Below are positions 39,127 to 54,100 of a stretch of DNA of 64,000 nucleotides, in pieces. Source of the stretch: Octopus bimaculoides (Eukaryota); the NCBI RefSeq assembly GCF_001194135.2, contig NC_068996.1, positions 27,567,319 to 27,631,318 on the forward strand, read 5' to 3'. The notes beneath the pieces were generated by a model, which was given only the letters and a program-made list of their open reading frames with translations, was not told the origin of the DNA and did not search any database. A program made the position numbers and the translations under genes. How positions within the stretch are numbered: the first letter of the stretch is position 1; every line of letters begins with the position of its first letter.

Positions 39127-41701
39127 AGAGAGAGAGAGAGAGAGGGGGGAGTGACTGAAAATGAAAATGCAAAACGTTTGACATTGTTTGAAAAACATTT
39201 TTTGAATAATGCCAAATGTTTTGCTTTTTTATTTTCTTTTTTTTAAGTCATATCCACCTACTTAAGGAGAAACCACTTCTAGCTACCTTCGATAAACAGT
39301 CTCAATACCACACTTTTCATTTGCAGTTTAAGCTGAAGTCTTAGTGATAAACCAAACTGAGTACTCATAGTACATACGTACGTACATACATACATATATA
39401 CTATGAGTACTCAGTTTGGTTTATCACTAAAACTTCAGCTTAAACTGCACGTACATATGTACATGATCAAAATATTCTATTAACATCACAATGCATAAGG
39501 TGTCCTTCTCTTTTTTAAGATGACAGGATCTTATCTGAGAGAATTTAAGATGATATTTCTAGCAGCTCAAACAAACACACAGACTCATTTGACAGATTTT
39601 AGTGATAAAAGTTCGTCTATGAAACAAATGGTAATCTTTATTTTAATCTTAAGCTAATCATAATAATCTATGAAAAAGAGGAATAAACAATAAAGAAAGA
39701 AACATACCCATGCCTGTCCCAGCAGGTGCTATCTCTCTTGACAATATCTCTAATGCTTGTTTCTTAGGGTGGTGTGCTGCCATCCAAACAGCCAGTTGGC
39801 GAGGTTCCTGATGTTCAGGGAGTTTTTTTGGAAAAAAAAAGAAGAAAGAATATATTTTGATAATAAAATTTTTTTTAAATATATTGAAAATATAGTGAAA
39901 TTTTAAGTGATTTCTACAGACAAAGATAAAAGAGTTTGGTAAGGATAAAAGCTATCACTGGAGTTGATGGTAAATGAAGGGACAGTCTTGAGACTGGTGA
40001 TCTAAATGGGTGAAGAAAGAAGATTTTGCTAGATTTTTGCCAAATGCAAGCATTATGGAATTGGATAAAATTTGGGTAGTTAAACATAGAAGCTTCTTCA
40101 CCAAAATTATACTAATGGAACAGTCAGGGTTGATGAGTGATATATAGAGGGATGCTACAAAGTTGGTACAGATCTTTTTGAAAAGGAACCAAAAGAACCA
40201 AAAACAATTTAAGACAAAAGAGCTTGCAGCAATGGAATGTATGAAGGTGTCTTTTGATTTATAGATAATAGTTGCACCAAACTTGAGATGGTAGGTGAAA
40301 GCTACTCAGTTAATAGCTGTAGGTGATACTTTCTTTGCCTCTACTACTCCAATGCAACTACTTAAGAGAGTCATTAATGTGAGTCATGAACTTTGGTTGC
40401 ATGAGTGATATGAAGAGACATGCCTAGGTGGATAGTTTTGGTCATCTGCTTAATGATTTTGTATAGGTCAAGCATTTGCTGCCAGGATGAGTTAGCATAA
40501 AAATACAGAGCTCTGAAAGTTGGTTGAATAGGTATGATGTAGGGTTGGGGAAGCAGAGAGGTTGTTCAGTATGTGGATGTGTAGTGAACGACTTTGTTTA
40601 CACAGAGTTCAACTGAATTGATAGGAGAAGAAGTAATTGTAATTAGATAAAGGATAAGTTTAGAGATTAAAAAGACCACAAGTATATATGAGCCTGTGTT
40701 GATTAAAGATATATGTGAATAATTATACTATTGCAGAGATCAGAGCACTAAAAGATTCAGTTTATACATCTACAACATTTGTATGAGAAGAGCCAAGATT
40801 TCTGTACATTGAAGTTGTTAGAGATGATGACTTCAGAGGGGAATGACATGAGAAATAGATCACTAATATCAACATTTCTAAATTACGTGGCACCTGTTTT
40901 TTTAATTATGTTTGTTACTTATACTCATTAGTTTTACAGTAATTGTGCTGTTTATAGTGTACATTTTATACTCACTTACACTTACATATAGAGTGAAATG
41001 ATTGTGGTAATATACAAACTTTCAACCTTTCAGTCAAGATTCCATCAAACTATTGGCTCTGTTAGTAACAACCCTATCGAGAAAATATTTAGAAATCTTT
41101 AATCATGAATTTTCAAAAGACAGGTTTGCCTACACCTTTTGATATTAATTCTATTTTAAGTGACTCTTTTTTAAGCTACCAGTACAAGACTTAGTTGTTT
41201 CTGAATTGAAGAATGACAGAAGCTGCAGATATATATATATATGAATATTAAAAAATTTATATACCTCTTTATTTTCATTCTTTGACTCAAATCCTAAAAT
41301 TTCAACGTTGACTCTGATAAAATCTCCAAGTTTAAGCTGTTTGAATATATTTCGGCATCTAACAGTAAAGTACAAGGCACTGATTAATAATTAATGTAAG
41401 AAAGAGGTGGCAAGTTAGCAGAATCATGAGCATGCCAGGCAAGATGTTAAACAGCATCTTGTGTCTTTATAAATAAAAGATGCGTGTATCAACAGTATAG
41501 TAAATAAACTCATATAGAGGAACACAAAACACACACACACACAGATATAGACACAAATGCACATGCAGATAAAGATACATACCACAGAAAGACAAAATGT
41601 AGTAAGCAGAGCAAGAAGAGAATTGAGGAAGAGGTCACAGAATGTGTGACAAAAGAGCATTTAGAGAGAAACTAAAATAATAATAAAACTGAAGTGAAGA
41701 T

Positions 41702-41744
<43 letters not shown>

Positions 41745-43455
41745 CATATGTTTGATTGGCAAAAATATAACCATCCCCAAGAATAACAATATCTGTTTCA
41801 ACACATGATTTCACCTCAAGAATCTTGCAAAACAAATGCATAAACGTAAAAAGTATTATTACTGTTTAGCTCCAAGTTGATGGCTATGGGCATTCAAACA
41901 ATAGCCATCCTTTTTTTTTTTTTTTTGGCAGATAGCGGATATCCAAGACTACAGTATCCAATGTCGCACTGTTTTTAATACTGAAGGGGTGAACTGAGGG
42001 AAATATAGCTGATATTTCTAGCAGTGTGATTACTTTAGGTATGGAAATAGAACAGAGGAACTACAGAATTTGACAGTTACACATCTTGGTCATGGACAAA
42101 ATACCTTGAACTATACCACACTGTAGTACCTACAAACAACTGGGTAGACTGGACTGTTGAAAGTTAAGTGAGTTGATTATGGACACAGTACAGAATAAAT
42201 AACAGACTATGATGTTGTTAATTCATTCATCTAGGGATCAAGAAAACATTGAAAGATAAAACAATAACATACCTTTTTAAGATGGCATCAGTGGTTTTTT
42301 TGGCTTTTTCTTCTGCCTGTGGTCCACCAATACAGGTCACAGCTGTGACACGGTAACCATCAGCATATGTGGCAGTAACCTGAAAAGTAATGAGCAAATC
42401 AGCTTTCAAAGATTTTTTAAAAATCTTTTTATATTTCTTTATCCTTTGAAGTCTTGACAATTTTATGCTTCTTCTTAGCTTTAAATGAAAACATAGTCAT
42501 CCAGTTAAGAAATTTGCCTTGTTTCTGAGTTCAATTCTACTATGCATAAAAATCAAAAAGTTATAAACTGTTTTTCAAATGATTTGGTCAGAAGGCAGCA
42601 CTCTGAAAAGGCAGCTCCTTTCAGGGATTTCCATATATGGAAAGATTTTTGACACCTCTCAGATTAGAGAAATGGTCTAAATGTATACAAAAGCATATAT
42701 GATTACTCAGTTCCATGATTCCGAAATATAGCCAATATCTGAAACTGAGTATCACATGTGGTATGACATGGCTGTGTGGAGGTGCAGGCATGACCTTATT
42801 GTTAAAAGGTTCACTTTACTACCATGTAGTTTCAGGTTCAGTCCCACTGTACAGCACCTTGGGCAAAATGTCTATTACTATAGTCCCAAGTTGATCAATG
42901 CTTTGAGTAAATTTGGTAGATGGAAACTGTGTGGAAGCACATCATGTATGTATGCATGAATGTGTATGTATGTATGCATGCACATTTTTGCATTTGTGTC
43001 TTGTCCTCTACCACTGGTGCTGGTTTGTTTACATTCCTGTAACTTAGCAGTTTGGAATGAAAAAGACCAATAACAATAATCCTTTCCGCAATAGGCACAA
43101 AGCTTGAAATTTTGGGGGAGTGGTCAGTCAATTACACCCCCCCCCAGTTCTCAAATGGTACTTAGGTTATTGACCCCCAAAAGAATGAAAGTCAAAATTG
43201 ACCTCAGTGGCATTTGAACTCATAATGTAAAGCAGAAGGAAATGCTGCAAAGCATTTTGTCCAGCATGGTAATGGTTCTGCCAGCTAACACAGCCAAAAG
43301 ACATTACTGGAACGATCCAAATGCTATAAACACTGTTGTGGTGCTAATGATTACACCCAAGCAATTTTATTATTATTACTGCTTTTGCTGCTGCTGCTGT
43401 TAATGCTACTACTGCTGCTGCTGCTGCAACTACTACTAATACTACTACTACTACT

Positions 43456-43503
<48 letters not shown>

Positions 43504-46500
43504 AAATAATAATAATAATTAATTCGTTTTATTGGCCACAAGGGCTAATATCAATTAAAAACATATAAGGACAAAGACAGGACGAAGGTTACAAAAGGTT
43601 TTGTCCGAAAAGGTAGGAAAGTTCGTCTAAATAATAATAATGGCACAATTTTGAAGATAGTTGATACCATTGATCCTAGTACTTGATTGGTGCTTTATTT
43701 TATTGATCCAGAAGGGAAGAAAAGCAAGGTTGACTCCAGCAGGAACTGAACTCAGAATATAAAAAGTTAGAAGCAAAGCAAGGTTTTTATTTGAAAATTC
43801 TAACAATTTTTCCAATCCACCACCCTAAATTACTGTTTCTGTAATTATTCTACCAGCATGCTGCCTTAAAAGTAATAATAATAAAGGTTTCCAATTTTGG
43901 CACAAAATCAGCAATTTAAGACGGATGGTTGTGTTGATAACACCAAATCTAGTGCTCAAATGATATTATTATTGGTTAAGGTAGCAAGCTGGCAGAAACG
44001 TTAGCATGCCAGGCGAAATGCTTAGCAGTATTTTGTCTGTTTTTATGTTCTGAGTTCAAATTCCGCCAAGGTCAACTTTGCCTTTCATCCTTTCGGGGTC
44101 GATAAATTAAGTACCAGTTGCATACTAGAGTCAATCTAATTGACTGCCCCCCCCCCTCTGCCCCAAAATTTCAGGCCTTGTACCTAGAGTAGAAAAGAAA
44201 TGATGGATCTATTTTAAAACGGGGGCCACATTTTTCATTAATGTTTTACGTAGTGTTTTTGGTACGGAAAGACTTTCAAACTTCGTATACTTATCTATTT
44301 TGTGTTATAGAACAGAAAAATATTTTTGTATTCGAATTTATTTCATGTAAAANNNNNNNNNNNNNNNNNNNNNNNNNNNNNNNNNNNNNNNNNNNNNNNN
44401 NNNNNNNNNNNNNNNNNNNNNNNNNNNNNNNNNNNNNNNNNNNNNNNNNNNNNNNNNNNNNNNNNNNNNNNNNNNNNNNNNNNNNNNNNNNNNNNNNNNN
44501 NNNNNNNNNNNNNNNNNNNNNNNNNNNNNNNNNNNNNNNNNNNNNNNNNNNNNNNNTTATTTGCTTTTTTCATTTTAAATTTGCTTTAACCCTAACCTTA
44601 ACCCTAACCCTAACCCTAGGGTTAGGGTTAGGGTTAATTGTTTCAGAATCGTTTGTTTATGTAGTCGGCACTTAATGTATATCGGCTGAATGGACGTCAG
44701 TGATTGGTTGAAATTACAGAAATACGACAACTTTAACATGGAATAACTTATGGATTTCTTTTTTTTTTAAGAAGATTAAGAGAAAAAGATGTTTTATATG
44801 ACACATTCTACCAGTGTTCCAAGTTTCAAAGTGTTTCGTTAATGAAAAATGTGGCCCCCGTTTTAAAAAAGATCCGAAATGATATTTATTTTATCAACTC
44901 TGAGAGTATGAAAGGCAAAGTTAACCTCAGCAGGATTTGAATTCAGGAAGCAAAGAGCCAGAAGAACTGCCACAAAGCATCTTGTTTGATACACTAATGA
45001 TTCTGCCAGCGCTCTGCCTTAGCAAGAACAACAACAACAATAATAATGAGGATGATGTCAAGCAAAGTATTTTGTCTAGTGTTCCACCAATTGACAACAA
45101 CAACAACAACAAAATATGAAATGTACTTAAACACCCTACACCCACCAAAAGGAAATTGTAAAACTTACCTTATAATCATTTGTTGGAGGTTTTCCAAGGG
45201 CTCCTTTCACCTGAACACTATCCTTTTCAGCTAGAGATTAAAATAATGAATAATGATTTTAATACACTGCAAAGTGTATGGATGTTGCTCGCCATCAGAA
45301 ATCATATAATTGCAACTAGGATCTAAAACAGGGAATTCAACTGCCAAGTAAATATTCAAATGAAAAAAAAAAAAAAGATCTCATACCCGTTGCTAAGGGG
45401 GTGCACTGGATGGCACTGTCCCCTCACTAGTCAAAGGTGCACCCTCAGATTTACTTTACTTATTACAAATTAGTACCCACCCAGAATATTCTGAAGCACA
45501 CCCAGGCATCAAACTCTAGCGACGGACTTGCAAGATGTGCAACATAATAGGGAGGGGATACTTGACTGATCTTGATCTTTTTCTTTAGCCAATAGAACCT
45601 GGAATATAGATGTAGGTATGGCTGTATGGTCAAGAAGTTTGTTTCCCAATCATGCCATTTCAGGTTCAATCCTAATACATGACAACTTGGACAAATGCCT
45701 TCAACTAAAGTACCAGGCTGACCAAAGCTTTGTGAGTGGATTTGGCAGATGAAAACTGAAAGAAGTTTGTTTTGTGTGTGTACGCATGCATGTATGTATG
45801 TTTGCATATATGAACAGGTGACTAAATTTCACTTAATTAAGTAAATTTATTATTTGTTTAATTTAGAGTGTGTTGACTAAAGTGACCATCCCTGATTCAG
45901 AAAAAGAAATCAATAATCCAGAAAACCTATGTTGTTCCTGTATACAAATGTATATGTATGTGCATAGGTTTGTCTTCATCTATACTTCCAAAAAAATTGT
46001 TGACTTACAAGCAGTGTTGTTGTCCTTTTCCATGTCAACAAATAGTCCAATGGTTTTATACCTTTGAATATGTATGACATACAAGATCCTTTATTTGAAA
46101 AATAGGAAAGGGTTAGCAGCAGGATGAGTGTGGTTTATGAGTGCTGTACATCCACCAAAGATGGTAATTTTTTAAAATAATTCTGTTTTTGGCATACCAA
46201 ACTATAATTTGATCATAATCAGTTTTCAAATTTGGTAATTTCTCACTCAGAAACAAAATTAAAAGAAATACTGAGAAAGTGAAATACTTGCAAAATTCTT
46301 ATTCAATAGAGACAATAGAAAAATGCAAAGGAAATAATTTAGAAAATTATTAGTTAATGCAAAGAATACAGAAAATAGACTAAAAAGTTGTGTTTCATAT
46401 GGAGAACATGAACAGAAACAAAACTGATAAACTTACATGCAAAATTTTCTTAACAGACCGAACAAGAATTAAACTTCACCTTTAGTTAAATTTCACTTTT

Positions 46501-49500
46501 GATTTGGCTTTTGTTAACACGTGCCTTTTTTCTAACACATGCTTTTGAAATTCTTTACATTGACAGTTAGTGTTCCATGTGCATTGTAAGATAGTTTCTA
46601 CTGTAGCCACAATCATCTTATTTCGTTCTTCAGTTCACTGAACATTCATCATTGAGAAAACAAGCTCAACATTTAGCATTATGCACTGGTATGCTAAATA
46701 AGAACTGGCACAAAATTAACAACTCACAGTATTGCTCTTGAAATTCAATTTGCTGAAGGATAAAAAAACCATCTTTCATGGCACAGTTTGGTCTTCCATC
46801 CATCAGGTTTGATCTGCATCTCTTTAGCAAAGAGTTTTTTTAAATGTTGACCACTGACAGAAAAGAATGTTATTGTCAGTTCTTATATCTTTGTTTTTTT
46901 AACACTAGACAAGATGATTCTACATGTTCTCATGCTGGAACTGTATCTAATAATATCCATGTAAAATTATCAAAATTTTCAAAAAACGAAACCCATTTCT
47001 CAAGATTGTCATGACAAGTGCTGTAGTAGTTATCCACTTCAAGTAGAAATTTCTTTTTCTCTTCAGATTTGACATTGTCATTATTAAGACAATCCTTCAC
47101 ACTGAGAGGAATAAACTTTTCATTAATTCTTTCTTTTAAACAGCCAAGCACTTAAATAATGCTGTTTTCTCTCTTTTCAATCTTCATAATCCTATTGCTA
47201 AATGCATATTCAAAACTGTGAACAAGATATAAGTAGGCTTTGCTCGGCGAATTATTGAAGAATCTTACAAGAATTTGGAGGACCTTTTCTTCAGAGTAAA
47301 AAAAAGATTTCAGTGCTTTTCTCATCAAAGAAAGCCAAAGAGTTTAGAATGTGAGAGAATCAAGGCATATTACATACCAACAAACTTGCAGAACTTCTCA
47401 GATTGAACAGTATAAATACTAAAGTATGAAAACAATTTAACAACAATTACTTCAATATCAACAGAAAGAATACTGGCCACAGTATGAGCAGCATTGTGCA
47501 GAATATGGGCTGGACATCCAACACCTTCCATCGATTCACTCATGCTTTCCTTAAATTTTGAATAGACATTATTTGTGCCTATGTGCAAATGTCCACCAAA
47601 ATTAGTATTTGTGTTAACTCCACCAAAAGCTATACATTTCTTCACATCCAGTCCTAACTCAACAAGGCTCTATTGTTTCTGAGGTCTCGTTTAGAAAGGA
47701 TCTTACTCACAATAACTTTATTAGCAAACCCATTTCATGTGAAAAACATTGCACAATCAACAGGAAAATTTTCTCAGCATTGTGATTACTTGCATCTATA
47801 GATATGCCATAAAAAGAAGAGTTATTTATATCTTTAACAATCTCTGCAATAGTATATGGAGCCACATTTTTTATTATTGCAGCACATTTAGTCCTGCACT
47901 TGAAAATTTGCATGCAGTTTTAGAATCAAGAAATACTGTTGGTAGTAGTATATTCGTACAGTCATTTGAACTAAATGACTGATGATGACAGACAGTATGA
48001 AATGTCATTGCAACTTCTGCGGCAATTATTTTACTTTCTTCATCTGTGTTTTTCTCGATCAAGAAGTTTGTTATTTTACCAGCTTCTTTTGAAGTAGAGG
48101 CAATACTACTTTTGTGCTTTGCTGTTTCTGTAGGTTGCTTGATATCAGACTTCCTGTCATGTTCAATACTAGAAGTGAAATTTCATACAGTACAGTTTGC
48201 TTCAAAATAGCTTCTGCCTTGTTTGATAAATGTCCATTTGCTGGAATATTCATCATGAAATTTACACTTATGTTTTGGCATTTTGGGATGGATGGATTAG
48301 TTTTTAAGTCCGAAGAAAAAGTGGGCCATGGCAAGTAGTAAAAACACACCTTATTGAAGTATTAAGTTGCAAACACATCAGTTTTGTACAAACTTCTAGC
48401 AACACTAGTTTCCTCATTTCATTTAAGTTGTAGCAGCTAATGTATCATCAGAAGGCAGTAATCCATTTTGAATTTGGGTCACCAAATGTAATGGTGAATC
48501 ACGTTGGGGGTCACCAAATGTAATGGTGAATCACATTGGGGGTCACCAATTATAATGGTGTTATCCATGCTCACATCGGAGACCCGGGGTTACTGATTGT
48601 AATGGAGTGGTTACCAATATGTAATGGGTGTGATGTTGAAGAGAAAGTCAATGTGAATGTCATTGTGCCAGACCTCAAAGAATAAGGACAGTGGTTGAAG
48701 TTGTTGATAACATATATTTTATTTATCGTTACTTTGTATAACCAAACAACAATGGGCAGGCTTGTACAAAATGAACAAGAGTTAATTTTTCCTTGTATGA
48801 GAGTGTATAATGTTCTTTTTGTTCTAGTAGCAAGAAAAAGATAGACAGAGTGATGTTTTTTAGAATGGTGCTAGTGAAAGTGAGAGACAGGAGAGAGAAG
48901 TTTTATAGTGAAACATCATAACTGCTGACTGCACACAGCAAAGCTTTCTCTCTCCTTTGGTCTGGTTACCTCTAGTGGTCTGCTTGGAACTGCTCATATT
49001 TGTAAGAATGCAGACCAGCTAGAAAACAGATATACCTCTCTAACAATGGATAAGTTAATGTAGGTCACTCCTTATCTGTTTCAACTTTTCATGGCATAGA
49101 AAGGGTTAAGAGTTAAGTGGAAAACACATAAATCTGCATTCCTCCTTGAGAGAACAATAGGCTGTATGACTAGGGAGAACTTCTAGATTCGATTTTGAAT
49201 CTCAGGTAGGACCAAACGAGGTCTTTACAAGGTTATTTTCATCAAGAGAATATGAAAAAGAAAGCATAATTACTTATAAAGTGACAACTAAGAACCGTAA
49301 GAAGGTAATAAAAATATATTTTTATTACGAGATTTGAAAATGAACTAAATACAGGACATTTGAGATGTCTCTGAAAGGTCAGTACAAGACAGAGAACAAA
49401 ATTATCAAATACGGGACACGTCCTGTATATATATACAGGACATGTATATATACATACACTACATATATGTATATATACACTACATATATCATCTGTCTCT

Positions 49501-49643
49501 CTCAGTACTCTTGTATTCCATCTTACAAAGATACCATATCTATTCCTGTATATGTCTAAGCCAGACTGTTTTATACTTGAGTGTAACTGAAACAACCAGG
49601 GTGTGACTTATGCACAAATGTGACTAATACAAATAAATACAAG

Positions 49644-49716
<73 letters not shown>

Positions 49717-51152
49717 TATGAACGCTTGTAAGCCAAAAAAATATGTACTCATATATTTGTCAATACAGTACATATATTAATTAACGTGTACAGTTTTATG
49801 AATCCGTTATGATCAATCTCAACCAATCAGTTTAATACTTAGTGTGAAACCAATTGGGAAGCTGGTAAGCCCTGAAGACTGGATATAAAACATTGTACAC
49901 TTGTAATAAAATCACAGTAATAAAGTCACAATTTTGGCTAGGAAAAAAAGTCAGGATTAATTTATGGTGGCCAGTAATAAAGTCACAGGAAAAAAGTTAC
50001 AATTAAGTTATGGTGGCTGGTAATAAAGTCACAGGAAAGAAAAAGTCACAATTACGACTTATGGGATCTGGACAAAACCCCACTAGGTCAAAACCCCACT
50101 AGGTTAAAACCCCACTAGGACAAAGCCTGTGACTTTTTAACCTGGATTCAAAGTAACAACCTCAGCCAGAAAACCAAAAATTATCTTATAATAAATAATA
50201 TTTGGGAGAAAGGCTTGGAAAATACACCCTCAAACCATCTATCATAAAACAAAACAAAAAACATTTAATATATACAAACTCTGTTGCCAACGAATTTTGT
50301 AATATACAAAAAATACTGAATTGTCAATGCATTGAATAAGTATCTGCACTGATTGTTAGTTCTGTCAGGACACTGCATCTTACAAAAATTCCATGCCTCC
50401 TGAAATTTGCCAATACTACTCCATATTGTGCATGTACTTTTGGCCTTCATAACTGTCTTCCTTTACTTGACATATATATCTACTTTCTGTCCCTTCTTTT
50501 AACCCAAGTACTGTACACAGTAACCTCCTCTTCCTCCTCATCATCATCATGATCATCATCAATTTACATATATTTTTTAGAGTTTAGACGAGGTGAAATA
50601 AAAATAGGTTACCGTAACCTATTAATTTGAGGAATGATTTTCCACTAGTAATTTACAGTATTGGTAATGAACAAGATAGCAGAATGGAATTACAGCTGTT
50701 AAGTATTAGCCTAAATATCTTAAAGGATTTAGTTTTGGACATATTAGTTCTGAGTTCAATTCCTGCTAGAACCAGCATTATTTTCTATATCTCTCTAGGC
50801 CCATTTAAATGAATCCAACAAAGAGTTACAGAAAATGAAATCACAAAACAAACTTCAGTAATTAAATGATCTGATTTTTTTTTGTTTCATTGTTTTTATT
50901 CAAGATATTAAATAAAATATCTTTTAAAAATACTTTTTAATATAATTTGTTTATTTTCTGTATTTGATGGCATAAAGATACGCCTGAATTTCAGCAGCAT
51001 ATATTTAGAGAAAAAAAAAGATTTTAATGCATTCAAGCATGTAATATAGGCTCAACTTCATATATAAGACCTGGGGCGATTTCTTTTTTCAGAGATTTTT
51101 TTTTTCTGTTGGAAAAAGACGCGTATTATGCATACATGCATGCATGCATGCA

Positions 51153-51188
<36 letters not shown>

Positions 51189-54100
51189 TATATATGTATA
51201 TAATCAAATGCAGTACTCTATTATTTATGTCATTTAAATTGAACATAGCAATTTATTTCTTCTGATCAAAATTGTGACTTTTTCTGAGATTTTTATTCCT
51301 GTTCATCAATAGAATAAATAGCAGCAATGTAAAGCAATAGGATTGATTAATTAATTATCTGTATCCCTCTTCTATTAATTTGTAGCACCACACAAATGGC
51401 AGAAATCCTCCTTATTAGTACTGTCACATCATTGGAGACATTGCCTTTGGATTTATTTGTACTACATTCCTGTAAATGGTATCAGTTAATATCCACCACC
51501 CTCCAAGTTTAATTCTAGTTAGAGCTAATAGTAACATCACAACATTGAATACTGTCTTTGGATTCACCTGTACCATATTTCTGATAATAGGAACTTCATT
51601 TAACTGTAGTTTAATTTAACATTATTATTATTTTGGGGGTTAATAAAATAAATGCCAGTTGAGCACTGGGTTCAATGCAATCAACTAGCTCGCCCCCCTC
51701 AAATTTCAGAGACTTTTATTCCTGAGACTATTATTGTTATTGGTGGTGGTCGTGGTACTATTATACCACCACTAGAGACTATGTCTTTGGATTAAGATTC
51801 ACTTGAGTCCATCTCACCAACCCCTACCAGGTCTTCATTTAAGTGTAGAGTAACAAGAGAGCTTATTTTCTGCCTCAAAGAAGGCATAGCAAATGAGAGG
51901 TGTCAGATGTGTCTTTATGATGTAAGATAATGAACAATCAAAATCTTTAGGACAGAACTGAACAACACACATAGACACAAAAAAAGACAAACATTTATAT
52001 GAGTTAATAGGAGTCTCTTCTTAGTGGCCTGATATGTAAGAAACAGTAGTCAAATCTTACTCAAATCATACTACATTAAAAAAATAAATAAAACAGACTA
52101 GAAAGGCAAATTAGATCCTGTAGTCCTTGATACACTATGTCTGAAAAAGATGAAATAGTCATGTTGTCACACCTTTGACTAAAGGTTTCCTCAAACAGGA
52201 TTGGCCTGGGGTTAAGCAACAACATTGTTTCATTGTTTCTAATTTTGAGGGAAGAGAGTGAGTTAGTGAATACCATCAAACTTTTACTTTACTTTATCAA
52301 CCCCAAAAGGTTCACCATGCTGGGATTTGAACTCACAATGTAAAGAGCTAGAATAAATATGCAGAATGTCTTCTTTCCCATTGCTCTAATGATACAGCCA
52401 ATTTCCCACTTTAACCCTTTAACATTCAGAATACTCTCTCAAACATTCATATTGTTTTGAATTATTATACATTATCTTATAGCCTCAAGATTCTGATGAT
52501 GTGATTGTATGTTTTTAGAATGACATTGTAGGGTAGGTGTGAGAGGTTGGATCTGGTCAATTTTAGCATAAAACAGGTCGAATATTTGGGTCAGATATGG
52601 CTGGATTAAATTTGACTGGGATAAAACAACGGCAATAAAAGAGAACTCACATTCAAAAACCTGTACTTGGCTGAAGTCACAAATTATATCAGGTAGGATA
52701 TAATTTTTAGGGTCACCAATCTCATACAGCAATTGTTCACATACAGTTCCTTTTGAAACCAGACCTCCAGTTGATGGTGGCTTACTCACACTGAAGGAAC
52801 CATTAGCAGAAAATTCTACAATAGGAAACCCAATATTGTCCCTAAAAGAAAGAAAAAAATTAACAAAGAATATTATTATTACATAGATGAAGACCGGAAA
52901 TGTTTCTTTCCATATTCTACAATGGAATAAACAGAGTATTGTTTCCAAATTTGACACTGTGTTGCTGCTGTGTATACAAAGATTCAAGAAAGTAGCCTAA
53001 AAATAAGGTTTTCTCTTCAGGACCTGAAAATAATTGAACCTTTAATAACTATTAGCCATTTACAAAGTTCAAGTGAAATCCACCAGGGAATACTACTTCC
53101 ACATCTGAGATAGAACTGCTGCGCCTAGTGGTTTTTAACTTAGATGGTAGCACTCTTTTAAGGATATTGTTGAGAAGAGGACAGCAAACATCAAGGGAAG
53201 GGATTCTTTGGAGATACTGGATCCTTAGAAGGGAGTCACAATTTTTCTTGGAAATAAAATATTTAAACAAGAACAAAACTTTTCAACACATTTTCAAAAA
53301 TAATCTTTCTTCAGATTAAAAACATGAATAGGGCATTGTGTTATAAGTGAGTTATATACAGAAATTCTTCTCCAGTTATTTCTATAAAAATTTAACACAA
53401 GGAGCACTAACTCATGAGAAATAGCTAAAAACAAAAAGCACATGCTTAATGGGACAGTATAAAAACAAATAGATAACAAATTACTGTGTAAATTTAATTA
53501 TGATTAAAATAATCTGCCTTTTATTCAGTAGCTTAGCTTTTGGGCCAGCTGTATAAACCTACATTTGGGGAAAGCACACACTTTAGCTATACCACTACTG
53601 TTATTTATTTATTTATTTATTATTTATTCATTTATTCATTCACTAATTTTATCAAATGTACCATAAAAGGTTGAGATGTACACTGTATCTAAAGAAAGGT
53701 CATACAATTAATTGACATTCAAGCCTCTGGCACACAGGCATGTTGTGTCCTCTCTCTGCCTTTTCTATCACTAATATAATGTCCTCAGTTCTTCAGAAAT
53801 TATTGTCAGGAATGGAGTACAACTGAATTCAAGCTATGATGATGATAATGATGACGATGATGACAATGATGATTATTATTTCTGATTTAGGTACAAGTCC
53901 AGCAATTTTGAGAGGTGAGGATTAGTTGATTACTTCATTGGCTGTAGTTAGCTGATACCTTATTTTATTGACCCTGATGGTATGAAAGATATAGATGACC
54001 TCAGGTAAAGATGAACTGAGAATATCAAATTCTACAAGGAATGTCTTCTGACACTCAAATGATTCTGCCAACTTGCCACCTTTTTAATTGGTTCTGATAT

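Noticed and set aside
44598-44637. Chromosome fusion scar
   Set aside because: Wrong repeat order for a fusion, very short, and enclosed by TIRs and a TSD.
49865-49910. ccctgaagactggatataaaac as a hammerhead
   Set aside because: No GAAA, no stem II and no convincing stem I or III.
53052-53319. ORFs between two AtuA-like exons as extra exons
   Set aside because: Exons 54370-54447 and 52651-52841 already join in frame (HN-W-DNIG), and these ORFs have no family motif.
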